Shown in pieces: positions 10,216 through 18,652 of a stretch of DNA of 64,000 nucleotides (positions are counted from its first letter, which is position 1; each line of letters starts with the position of its first letter). Below the pieces are notes generated by a model that was not told the origin of the DNA, searched no databases, and saw only the letters and a program-made list of their open reading frames with translations. The DNA comes from Armatimonadota bacterium (lineage in GTDB: Bacteria; Armatimonadota; Chthonomonadetes; Chthonomonadales; CAJBBX01), in assembly GCA_026392115.1 (NCBI GenBank), contig JAPLCQ010000143.1, positions 819-64,818 on the forward strand, written 5' to 3'. Made by a program: the position numbers and the translations under genes.

Positions 10216-12624
10216 CTACTTCCCCGCCCTGAACTGCACGCGGCTCAGGTTCTTGAGCTGGAGCAGCGTGAAGCCCAGCAGCATGAAGCCCAGCACCCAG
10301 GCCATGGCGTTGGCCAGCCCGAACTTGAGGTAGAGGAACGCCGTGTAGAAGAGCTGCAGGCCCACGACTTCCGTGGCGCCATACGGTGTGTAGGGTCCGC
10401 CGCCGGTCATGGCGAAAATCATGTCGCTGGACATGAAGGCCCCGATGAAGGCGCCGATGGCGTTGATACGGATCAGCATCCGGATGCTGGGCAGCGTGAC
10501 GTGCCATATCTTGGCCCGCATCCCCGCGCCCTCCAGTTCGGCCGCTTCGTAGAGCTCCTCGGGGATGATCTTGAATGCCGCCAGATAGATCAGGGAGCCG
10601 GGTCCCATGCCCGCCCAGATGATCGGCAGCAGCACCGAGGCCATGGCCAGGGCAGGGGAGTCGAGCCAGTTCGCCGTGACGTGGATGCCCAGCCCGCCCA
10701 ACAGCGCGTTGAGGAGCCCGGCGGGACGGTAGAAGCTCTTCCAAAGGAAGATGACCACGAGCCCGCTGAGGATGGCCGGCAGGTAGAAGACGGTGCGGAA
10801 GAAGACCTTGCCGCGCGGCGCCTCGGACAGCAGCAGGGCCAACCCGATGGGGCTCAGGAAGCCAAACACCATATAGAGGGAGGTATAGAGCAGCGTGACT
10901 GAGGTCGCGTGCCAGAAGCCGGGGTCGAAGAGCACGCTGGAGAAGTTGGCGACGCCGGCGAACCGGGCGTTGCCCATGATGCTGTAGTCCTGAAAGGCGA
11001 TAAGCGTCCCTCGGAGCAGCGGAGTGTACTGCCACACCGCAACGGTGGCCACCGCCGGCAGCAACAGCAGGGCGGGCATGAGGCGGCGGGCGGCTCCGGG
11101 CATGGGCGCGGGCGCCTCGCGGCGGAACATGCGGAGGAGGTAGAGCGTCGCCGCCCCGAAGCCCGAGAACGCCAGCACGAGGAAGCCCCACGCCATCTGT
11201 GTCCGCGACCGTGCCATCTCCGGCGGCATAGTGCCGAACATACGGCGGGCGGTCTCCGCCTGGGCGCGGTCCAGTATCTGCTTTAGGCGGGCGTGCAGGG
11301 CGGCCTCGTCGCCTCGGTCCAACGCTGCCAGCGCCTGCGGATCGTTGATGGCCTCCTCCACCGGCTTGCTCAGCTCGCGGTAGACCACCGAGCAGTTCTT
11401 GCCGTGGGGCTCCGAGCGGCCGTTCACCAGCGCGTCCTTGTAGACCCGCAGCCAGTCCATATCGGCCTGCTTCAGGTAGTCGCGGTAGCCGAACCGCTCA
11501 AGCAGGTCGGGGTTCACGAACTTGCCGAAGCCGTTCTGGATGTAGACCTTCACCCGGATAGCGTTGGCCTCGTCGCTGTCCAGATAGGCCATGTAGTCGA
11601 AGGCGGCCCGGGCCTGCTCGCGGTCCTTCACCCCGGCGAAGAGGCCCACCATGGCGGCGTTGATCTCGGATCGGCTCCGTCCCTTGCCCTCGGGGTAGGG
11701 CGCCGGCGCGAAGCCGATCAGTTCGGGCTGGTAGATGTTCATCCTGTTGTCCAGGTAGCTGAACATCATGGCCTTGTCGTCGCGCGTGGTCAGGTCGGAG
11801 TAGGTGTCGCGTAGCGCGGAGCCCCTGTAGCGCTTGCCGTCCGGCGCGGTGAACCATCGGCAGGTCATGCGGACGTAGAACGCCAGTGCGTCCACGGCTT
11901 CGGGCGTGTTGAAGAGCGGCTTCCAGCGTCCCTTGCCGTCGGTGGCCACGATGTCACCGCCGCGCGACCAGACCAGGTTGGCGAAGTCCCACGAGCAGAT
12001 GTCGCCCTTGATGAAGAACATGCCAAAGCGGTTCTGGGCCGGGTTGCAGAGCTTCCGCGAGTAGGCCTCCAGTTCGTCCCAGGTGCGCGGGGGCCGGTCG
12101 GGGTCGAGTCCGGCCCTGGCGAAGAGGTCGCGCCGCCAGGAGAGCACGCGCACCAGGCGGCTCGTGGGGAGCGTGTACCAGTGCATCTTGCCGTCGGGTC
12201 CGCGCCGGTAGCAGACGTCGCGGATCGAGGGAGGCGCCCGCCGGGCCATCTCCGCGGCCGGGATGCGCGCCACGTACTCGTCCAGCGGCTGCAGGAAGCC
12301 CGACGCCACGTAGGTGTCGCTCATGCGGAAGTTGACGTAGAGCACATCCGGCGCGATATCGCCGGCGATCTGCATGAGCGGGATCATGTCCAGCGTGTTC
12401 GACCCGCCGCCGATCTGCAGCCCCGCCGCCCGCTTCAGCCGCACATGCGGGTACTCGCGCAGGAACGCCTGCACCACAGCCGTCTCCGCCTTGCTGGCGA
12501 TGTCCAGCATGAACATACGCGGCAGGTCGTGCACCGTGACGGTGACGTCCCCCCGCCCCGACGCCGAGAGCAGCAACGGCGCGAGGAGAAGGAGCAGCAG
12601 GTTGCGGACCGAACGATGGGCCAT
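10216..12624 (-). CDS. Fused sugar-binding protein + ABC permease (MalF-like)
   Basis: Signal peptide and SBP family 1 motifs (APDVLYV, LQPLDEYV, RRDLFARAGLDPDRPPRTWDEL), followed by a permease with FRTVFYLPAIL and the EAA loop ELYEAAELEGAG. Confidence 0.9.
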   Translation of the reverse strand: MAHRSVRNLLLLLLAPLLLSASGRGDVTVTVHDLPRMFMLDIASKAETAVVQAFLREYPHVRLKRAAGLQIGGGSNTLDMIPLMQIAGDIAPDVLYVNFRMSDTYVASGFLQPLDEYVARIPAAEMARRAPPSIRDVCYRRGPDGKMHWYTLPTSRLVRVLSWRRDLFARAGLDPDRPPRTWDELEAYSRKLCNPAQNRFGMFFIKGDICSWDFANLVWSRGGDIVATDGKGRWKPLFNTPEAVDALAFYVRMTCRWFTAPDGKRYRGSALRDTYSDLTTRDDKAMMFSYLDNRMNIYQPELIGFAPAPYPEGKGRSRSEINAAMVGLFAGVKDREQARAAFDYMAYLDSDEANAIRVKVYIQNGFGKFVNPDLLERFGYRDYLKQADMDWLRVYKDALVNGRSEPHGKNCSVVYRELSKPVEEAINDPQALAALDRGDEAALHARLKQILDRAQAETARRMFGTMPPEMARSRTQMAWGFLVLAFSGFGAATLYLLRMFRREAPAPMPGAARRLMPALLLLPAVATVAVWQYTPLLRGTLIAFQDYSIMGNARFAGVANFSSVLFDPGFWHATSVTLLYTSLYMVFGFLSPIGLALLLSEAPRGKVFFRTVFYLPAILSGLVVIFLWKSFYRPAGLLNALLGGLGIHVTANWLDSPALAMASVLLPIIWAGMGPGSLIYLAAFKIIPEELYEAAELEGAGMRAKIWHVTLPSIRMLIRINAIGAFIGAFMSSDMIFAMTGGGPYTPYGATEVVGLQLFYTAFLYLKFGLANAMAWVLGFMLLGFTLLQLKNLSRVQFRAGK

Positions 12625-12769
12625 GGATACGTATTCGGCGTCGGGGGGCGCGATTCCTCAGCGCATTACGCGCAGTTTACGAGCGCCGGGGCGGTATCGT
12701 CAGGTGGGGTGATGGCGACGGAGTACGCCGTAGAAGGAGCCGGTGGACGCGATGGGCTCGTTTTGGCGA

Positions 12770-13020
12770 GGACAGAGGCGCGCAGGCTGGGGCGCACCAC
12801 GGAGGCGGTTCGGAGGCCAATCGCCCCCAAGATGGTCGGGTGTGTCCTCGATCAGCAGGGCGCCGTCGGCCACCCGCCGCGTGCGATACGTCGTAATGAA
12901 GGCCGGCATCACCTCAGGTCCGCGCCCGTCTGATCTGGAGACCTCAAGTACGGGGCGGACCATGCTGCCCACCAGGTCGGTGAACGGAAAGGGCCTCAGC
13001 ATGATCAAGCCCAGCGTCAC
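12770..13020 (-). pseudogene. Decayed PemK/MazF-family toxin gene
   Basis: PFPFTDLVGSMVRPVLEVS...AFITT resembles the PemK N-terminus (PFPFTD..xKxRPxLVVS). A GLRTASVVR motif (12792-12818) continues in a shifted frame. Ends are approximate. Confidence 0.6.
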
Positions 13021-13210
13021 CGGTACCTGACCCTCAGGTCCGCTACCGTGTACAGATCGGGCCCGTCTTGCAGAAAACCGAATGCGTGACCGTCAACGGC
13101 CAGTTGGGAACGGCCAGACGCCGGTCCGTGGTCCATCGCCGGGCTTAAGGAGTACCATATCCTGCGCAAGGTGGATGCACACACCGTTGCGCATCTACCT
13201 GGAGGGGGCC

Positions 13211-13702
13211 ATGGCCGAGGACGGAGGCGGGCAACCGGGGCGGCGTCGGCTCATCTTTGGGCCGGGCACGATCATGGGGATCGTGGGGGCTGTGATCGTC
13301 CTGGTGGTGGGCTACTTCACCGACCAGACGCGCAAGCCTGCCACTGAGGGCTCCGCGGGGACCGGAGGGGCGCCCGCCGGCCTGACGTTGACGGCAGGCG
13401 CACCGGAGTGGCGACCCGAGCCGGCGCTCATTCTGCACCGGGCCGGCGAGCTGCGCCTGAAGCCCGATCAGCGTCGCCGGGTTGAGGGGCTCAACGCCAC
13501 GTGGCTCGAGCGGAAGGCGGCCCTCAGGGCGCGGCCGAACGGCCCGGACCCGGATGCCGACCAACTGGCCGAAGATGAGAGGGAGCGCTCCTGGAAGGCC
13601 GCGCTGGAGCTACTCGAGCCGAACCAGCGCGAACTGCTGCTGCGCCTCGTGACCCCACGATCCCTCCCCGCGAATCCGGCGCCCTCCGTGCAGGACCGCT
13701 GA
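13211..13702 (+). CDS. Small single-TM protein with LTxxQ-like (Spy/CpxP-like) helical C-terminus
   Basis: GGAGGGG RBS before ATG 13211; TM IMGIVGAVIVLVVGYF; motifs LKPDQ and LEPNQ. Confidence 0.55.
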   Translation: MAEDGGGQPGRRRLIFGPGTIMGIVGAVIVLVVGYFTDQTRKPATEGSAGTGGAPAGLTLTAGAPEWRPEPALILHRAGELRLKPDQRRRVEGLNATWLERKAALRARPNGPDPDADQLAEDERERSWKAALELLEPNQRELLLRLVTPRSLPANPAPSVQDR

Positions 13703-15599
13703 GCAGGGCCGCGGCCCGCTTGCCCGCCTCGAAGCACTCCCGATAGACCCCTGCCGCCAGCCGCGCCCGGGCCTCGGCCAGCGATGCCGAGGAGGCGCGC
13801 GTGGCCGTCGTCGCGGGGCGGGCGCTGATCTTCTTTTCCAGCGCGGCGAGCGCAGGCGCCAGCGTCTCGGCGGGCCGCAGCCGTAGCCGCATCATCAGCA
13901 GCAGGTCCGTCGGGCCCAGAAGGCGGACATGGGGCTGCAGCCGCTGGGCGCACCAGACCACCGGCGCCATGCCCCGCGCGGAGCCGGGCTCGGTTCCCAG
14001 TGCGGGCTCGGGCGCCCCGCCTGCCGCGCCGGGCCTGAAGTAGGACCAGGCGTGGACGATGACCCAGCTGAAGCTCTCCTCGGTTGCCGCGGGGCCTCTG
14101 GCGGGCATGGCGTTGAGCCAGTCCGCGACCTGCGCGGGACCGCCGTCGTTGGGGAAGGGCGAGTTGGCCCAGATCGCATAGCGCGCCGAGACCACCGGCA
14201 CCTCGCGCTTTGCGCCGCGGACCCAGTAGACCTGGCCCTTGCCAGCCGTGTAGGGTGAGTACTGGAACGCCAGGATGCCCTCCAGCCCCGGCATCTCCGC
14301 GGCCATGGTGGCGCAGGAGCGGCGTGCGTCGAGCGAGTCCCACTCCGTGAAGTTGGCCGAGAGCGCCTGGATGCCGCTCATGTCCATGTAGGGAGCCATG
14401 CGGGATGCATGGGTCCGCATGGCGCCGGCGGACGGGCGCGAGGCGCCGTACAGGTCCGGATAGAGGTAGCCGCCGGTCATCAACACGAAGTCGTCGGCGG
14501 GCTTGGCGGTCGTTCGCAGGTAGTCCAGCGTGTAGGGGCAGACCTGGGCCAGGTCCGTGCTGCAGATGGTCCAGCCGATGGGCGCCTTGCCGCGTTCGGG
14601 GCTGCCCCACCAGGAGTTCTCGCCCATCAGGAAGTTGCCCATGAGCCACTGCACGTTGTCGCCGTCGGACATGACAAACGCGGCGTAGTGTACGTCGTCC
14701 TCCCACTTCAGGCCCCAGATGCCGCGGGCCGGTCGGGGCTGCAGGCTGCGGGCCGTGAAGCCCTTGCCGGGCGCCTCGGTGGAGAGGGGCGGCAGGTTGA
14801 GGCACCAGTTGGTGGCGGTCTGGAAGGCGCCCCAGCGGGTGCTCGGCTCGGTGAGGCGGCGCTCATCGCCGATGCCCCAGCCGAGGATGGGCGAGTCTGG
14901 CTCTAGCCGCGCCAGGGCCTTGTCGTAGAGCGGTCCCTCGCGCGACATGACGAATGCTCCGGCGGCGACTGCCTCGGCGCGGCACTCCTGTACCTTGGGG
15001 TCGATCATGGCCAGCACCTTGCGCGAGAAGCGCGCTTTGTAGGCGTCGAAGCACTCCTCCTCGGTCATGCCCCGTACGTCCAGTAGTCGCTGCAGGCCTT
15101 TGGCGCGGGCCGTCTCTTCCAGCCCCTCCGGCACGGCAACCGCCCCGAGCGAGGCGCAGAGCGACGTGGCGACGTTGGCCGAGGCATCTACCTCGCCGGG
15201 CTGGTGGAAGGGCCGGTCGGAGGAGTCATAGCGAAACAGGATGTACCCGCGTACGACCCCGCGCGCATGGGCACGTCCCACGGCCTCCCAGAGCGGCAGC
15301 GTCACCGCCTTCGCACCGGTTCGTTTCAGCATCTCGCGGCGCCAGAGCAGGTAGGCCGGATGGTCGAGGTCGCACCAGACCATCTCGGAGCCGCCGCGCG
15401 ACGCTTCCCGGGCCACGAGGCCGGCCAGCGTGTGCAGCACCATGCCGGCCTGGCGGTCGGGCACGTCGCGGACGACCACGAGCGTCTTCGGTCGAGGGTA
15501 GAGGGGCCAGTACCGGTGCAGGATCGCGGCCTTCGCGGCTCCAGGCGCCGCCGGCGCCATGGCGCAGATTGCGGCGAGTAGACCGAGCACGGATCCCAT
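13524..15599 (-). CDS. Secreted GxGYxYP-family putative glycoside hydrolase
   Basis: FVMSDGDNVQW, RGKAPIGWT, TGGYLYP. Start at MGSVLGLL with AGGAGG, 1 nt after the upstream stop. Confidence 0.82.
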   Translation of the reverse strand: MGSVLGLLAAICAMAPAAPGAAKAAILHRYWPLYPRPKTLVVVRDVPDRQAGMVLHTLAGLVAREASRGGSEMVWCDLDHPAYLLWRREMLKRTGAKAVTLPLWEAVGRAHARGVVRGYILFRYDSSDRPFHQPGEVDASANVATSLCASLGAVAVPEGLEETARAKGLQRLLDVRGMTEEECFDAYKARFSRKVLAMIDPKVQECRAEAVAAGAFVMSREGPLYDKALARLEPDSPILGWGIGDERRLTEPSTRWGAFQTATNWCLNLPPLSTEAPGKGFTARSLQPRPARGIWGLKWEDDVHYAAFVMSDGDNVQWLMGNFLMGENSWWGSPERGKAPIGWTICSTDLAQVCPYTLDYLRTTAKPADDFVLMTGGYLYPDLYGASRPSAGAMRTHASRMAPYMDMSGIQALSANFTEWDSLDARRSCATMAAEMPGLEGILAFQYSPYTAGKGQVYWVRGAKREVPVVSARYAIWANSPFPNDGGPAQVADWLNAMPARGPAATEESFSWVIVHAWSYFRPGAAGGAPEPALGTEPGSARGMAPVVWCAQRLQPHVRLLGPTDLLLMMRLRLRPAETLAPALAALEKKISARPATTATRASSASLAEARARLAAGVYRECFEAGKRAAALLSGPARRAPDSRGGIVGSRGAAAVRAGSARVAPARPSRSAPSHLRPVGRHPGPGRSAAP

Positions 15600-15600
15600 G

Positions 15601-16404
15601 TCAGCCCTCCTGTTCCGTGGCTTCGCGAAGCCATGCGAGCGAGGCCAGTGCCCGCTCGCGCGGGCGGACCTCGATGCAATACTCGCGAACGTCGTGTTGC
15701 TCCAGCCGCCGGAGGTGGGGGAGCAGGCCTTCGCAGTCCGGTCCCAACGCGGCATGGGAGCGGCCGTCCTCGGTCCGCCCGTGCAGATGCACCTGCCGCA
15801 CCGCCCAGGCGTGCTGGGCGTAGAACCCGCCGGGGTCGGGCTTGGCGAGGTCATGGGCGAGCCAGAGCCAGTGTTTCCGTACGAGGGGCCGAAGCAGGGA
15901 CGTCATGGCGTCGTCCATGCCATGGTTCTCGATGCAGGCCAGGCAGCGGCCGGCGGCCATGCCCGCCACTCTCCGGAGGTTGGCCTCCAGGGTGGCGAGC
16001 ATAGCGGTGCGCGCCGTCTCGGGCAGTACGCTCGGTTCGGACTCATCAGTGCGGAACTGCGGCGTGGGCCCGACGTGGAGCGTAACGCAGTGGGCGCCCA
16101 ACTCCTCGGCGGCATTGAAGAGCCGCGTCAGATAGGTCAGCGCCGCAGCGCCCAGGTCTGGGTCCAGGCCGCAGAGTCCTGCCGCGTCGTCCGGCGCATG
16201 CAGCGAGAGGAGCAGTCCGTGCCGTCGGCGGTACTCGGCCGTCTCCTGCTTCGCCGCGGGCGACATGACTAACGGCGACAGGTGCGGCAACTCGGCGGCC
16301 GCCTGCACCCCGGCGAAGCCGTTCTCCAAGGCGAAGCGGAGCGCGTCGAGCACGCTCTCATCGTTCACGGCATGGTAGGTGGTTCGTTGGACGATGCTTG
16401 GCAT
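15601..16404 (-). CDS. Sugar phosphate isomerase/epimerase (xylose isomerase-like TIM barrel)
   Basis: SLHAP, TLHVG, CIEN, HDLAK, VHLHG, SHAALG and IEV metal-binding pattern. Confidence 0.8.
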   Translation of the reverse strand: MPSIVQRTTYHAVNDESVLDALRFALENGFAGVQAAAELPHLSPLVMSPAAKQETAEYRRRHGLLLSLHAPDDAAGLCGLDPDLGAAALTYLTRLFNAAEELGAHCVTLHVGPTPQFRTDESEPSVLPETARTAMLATLEANLRRVAGMAAGRCLACIENHGMDDAMTSLLRPLVRKHWLWLAHDLAKPDPGGFYAQHAWAVRQVHLHGRTEDGRSHAALGPDCEGLLPHLRRLEQHDVREYCIEVRPRERALASLAWLREATEQEG

Positions 16405-16429
16405 GCCCTCATTATGGCGGAGAGGGGCC

Positions 16430-18652
16430 TCAGCCTCCACCGGCCGCCTCGCCGATGAGCCCCATGTAGCGGCCCATCCAGTAGGGCAGGAGCCAGAAGA
16501 CGCCGTCGCTTTCCGTGGCGCCGCCGTCGCCCTGCACCACTTCGAACGGGTGGTTGTCCCAGCGCATGACGCAGGTCTCCGCGGGAGAAAGGAGGCGGCT
16601 GGTCTGCAGCACCTCCGGCTCGGGCGAGCGGACGAGCGAGATGTCCTCGCGCCGGCTGTTGTCCATCCTCCACCGCACCAGGTCCATGGGTGTCTCGCGT
16701 AGGAACCGCATGGAGGCGCGGGTGTCCGGCGCCGATCCCGTGGCTATCGCCAGCGTGTAGTCGAAGAGCGGGCAGCCGTCCCGGCTTACGGCCCGGTACC
16801 AGACCTCTGTGGTGCGCCGGTAACGCTGCAGAATCGTCGGTTCGGTCTCGTAGCGCAGGAGGGCCGGCAGGGCCAGCGCCAGCAACTCGTCGTCGATGTG
16901 GGTGCGCCATGCCGGGTCCACGGTCTTGGCCCGATCCACCAGCTTGGCGTAGCCGCGCTGGTGGTACAGCTCGTGGTAGAGGCGGTCGTAGCGTGCATCA
17001 CCTGTCATGTGGTGGGCGGTCTTCAGGTAGGAGAGAATCTCCACGGCGTTGATACCGCTCTCGGGCGCCCAGTCGCCGTCCCCGGTGAGCCGCTCGGGCG
17101 CCCAGACAGCCCAGCGCGTATGGGCGCCATCGATATCGACGAGCGTGAGCCCGCCGTCGATGATGCCATCCGTGACCCGGCGCACATGCTCGCGGACCTC
17201 GGCCTTGTCCTCATCGTTGGCCGCCAGGTCGTAGTAGAGCGCATAGCCGTAGTAGTGGCCCGTGATCTCGTCACTGCTGGTGTCGCCCTTCCAGAGCCAC
17301 TTGCCGTCCGCCGAGGGGCGCCACCGCGTGGGCACGTACTTGGAGCGCGGGTCGCGGGCGCGCTCGTCCGCCAACTGCCTGGCGTCCCTGGTCTCGTTGG
17401 CATCGGCCATGGAGGTCCAGTCGGAGGGTATGACGGTCCTGGCGACGAATCCCGGCGTGCCGGTCACGGTCTGAAGGTACTTCAGCGCCCGGAAGGCCCT
17501 GCGCGCCGCTGCCTGGGCTGCCGGGTCGTGCGTGACGGCGTAGCGGTACGACTCCATGGCCAGGTACATGGCGGTGTACTGGCCGTCGTTGTCGTCGTCG
17601 CGCGGCTTCCATGATGCCAAGTCTCCGGGCGGGTCCAGCGCGACCTTCTCTACGAGCCCCGGCTCCCGGATGTGGCGGGCGTGGCAGACTTCCAGGAAGC
17701 GCCGGGCCTTCTCGGCCAGCGTCAGGGGAGCCCGGCTGATGACCGACACGCCGTCGGCCGTGGCGATCCATGCGGCGCCATCGGGCGCCACGACGATGCC
17801 GCGCACTTCGTCCGAGGGAAGCCACCGTAGCCCGTGCCGAAAGGCCCAAGTGGCGCCGTCGTACCGCGCCGCGCCGATGGGCGTGCCTACCCACATCTCG
17901 CCCCGTGGTCCGAAGGCCAGCGCCGTCACCGAGGAGGAGGGCAGGCCCTGCTTCGGCGTGATGGTTCCGGCGCGCTTGCCATCTCGCAGCACGCTGATAC
18001 CGCCCAGGCATCCGGCCCACACGGCGCCGTCGGGAGCCGTGGCTACGGCGCGCACTGACGAGCTGACCACCTCGCGGCCGCCCCGGAGGAGGTGCGCTCC
18101 GCGCTCCGTAAGCTGGTACAGGCCCGCTTCGGTTGCCACCCAGAGCGAGCCGTCGCGGTCCACCGTGGCCGACCGGAAGCTCGTCGCTGTGCTCAGGCTG
18201 AGCCGCTCCACGCGGTCGCCCGTCACGCTCCAGATGCCGTCGGGGCCCATGGCCCGGATGCCTCCCGGCACAATGGCTACCAGCGCGATCGGCGCGTCGA
18301 TGCCGGTCACGCGGGCCAACGTGCCGTCTGGATTGCCCCGGTATAGCCCGTTCCAGGCCCCGGCCCAGACGCCGCCGTTGGCGTCGCATACCACAGAGAG
18401 CGCGGGACCCGCCTCGGACTCGGGCATGGCGGCTCGCCACGCCGCCTCGCCGGGCTTGAGCGCGAACAGACCGGCCCGCGTGGCGACCCAGACCTCGCCT
18501 GTCGGCGCCAGGGCGATCGCGCGGACGTCGTTAGCGGCGGGCGATGGGGCCACGCGGAGCTTCCGTGCGGTCTCCTGGGCGAACGGCACATCCTGCGTGG
18601 TGGCGGCCGGCGTGGGAGCGGCGGCCCAGCTCCAGAGGCAGACGGGGATCAT
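16430..18652 (-). CDS. Secreted protein: regulator-type beta-propeller repeats + putative alpha/alpha-barrel catalytic domain
   Basis: Repeats of the form V.A.A..PDG..W.AT..G and LPSDEVRGI. The C-terminal half has DDNDGQYT, WKGDTSSDEITGH and LLPYWMGRY. ATGA overlap with the upstream gene. Confidence 0.75.
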   Translation of the reverse strand: MIPVCLWSWAAAPTPAATTQDVPFAQETARKLRVAPSPAANDVRAIALAPTGEVWVATRAGLFALKPGEAAWRAAMPESEAGPALSVVCDANGGVWAGAWNGLYRGNPDGTLARVTGIDAPIALVAIVPGGIRAMGPDGIWSVTGDRVERLSLSTATSFRSATVDRDGSLWVATEAGLYQLTERGAHLLRGGREVVSSSVRAVATAPDGAVWAGCLGGISVLRDGKRAGTITPKQGLPSSSVTALAFGPRGEMWVGTPIGAARYDGATWAFRHGLRWLPSDEVRGIVVAPDGAAWIATADGVSVISRAPLTLAEKARRFLEVCHARHIREPGLVEKVALDPPGDLASWKPRDDDNDGQYTAMYLAMESYRYAVTHDPAAQAAARRAFRALKYLQTVTGTPGFVARTVIPSDWTSMADANETRDARQLADERARDPRSKYVPTRWRPSADGKWLWKGDTSSDEITGHYYGYALYYDLAANDEDKAEVREHVRRVTDGIIDGGLTLVDIDGAHTRWAVWAPERLTGDGDWAPESGINAVEILSYLKTAHHMTGDARYDRLYHELYHQRGYAKLVDRAKTVDPAWRTHIDDELLALALPALLRYETEPTILQRYRRTTEVWYRAVSRDGCPLFDYTLAIATGSAPDTRASMRFLRETPMDLVRWRMDNSRREDISLVRSPEPEVLQTSRLLSPAETCVMRWDNHPFEVVQGDGGATESDGVFWLLPYWMGRYMGLIGEAAGGG

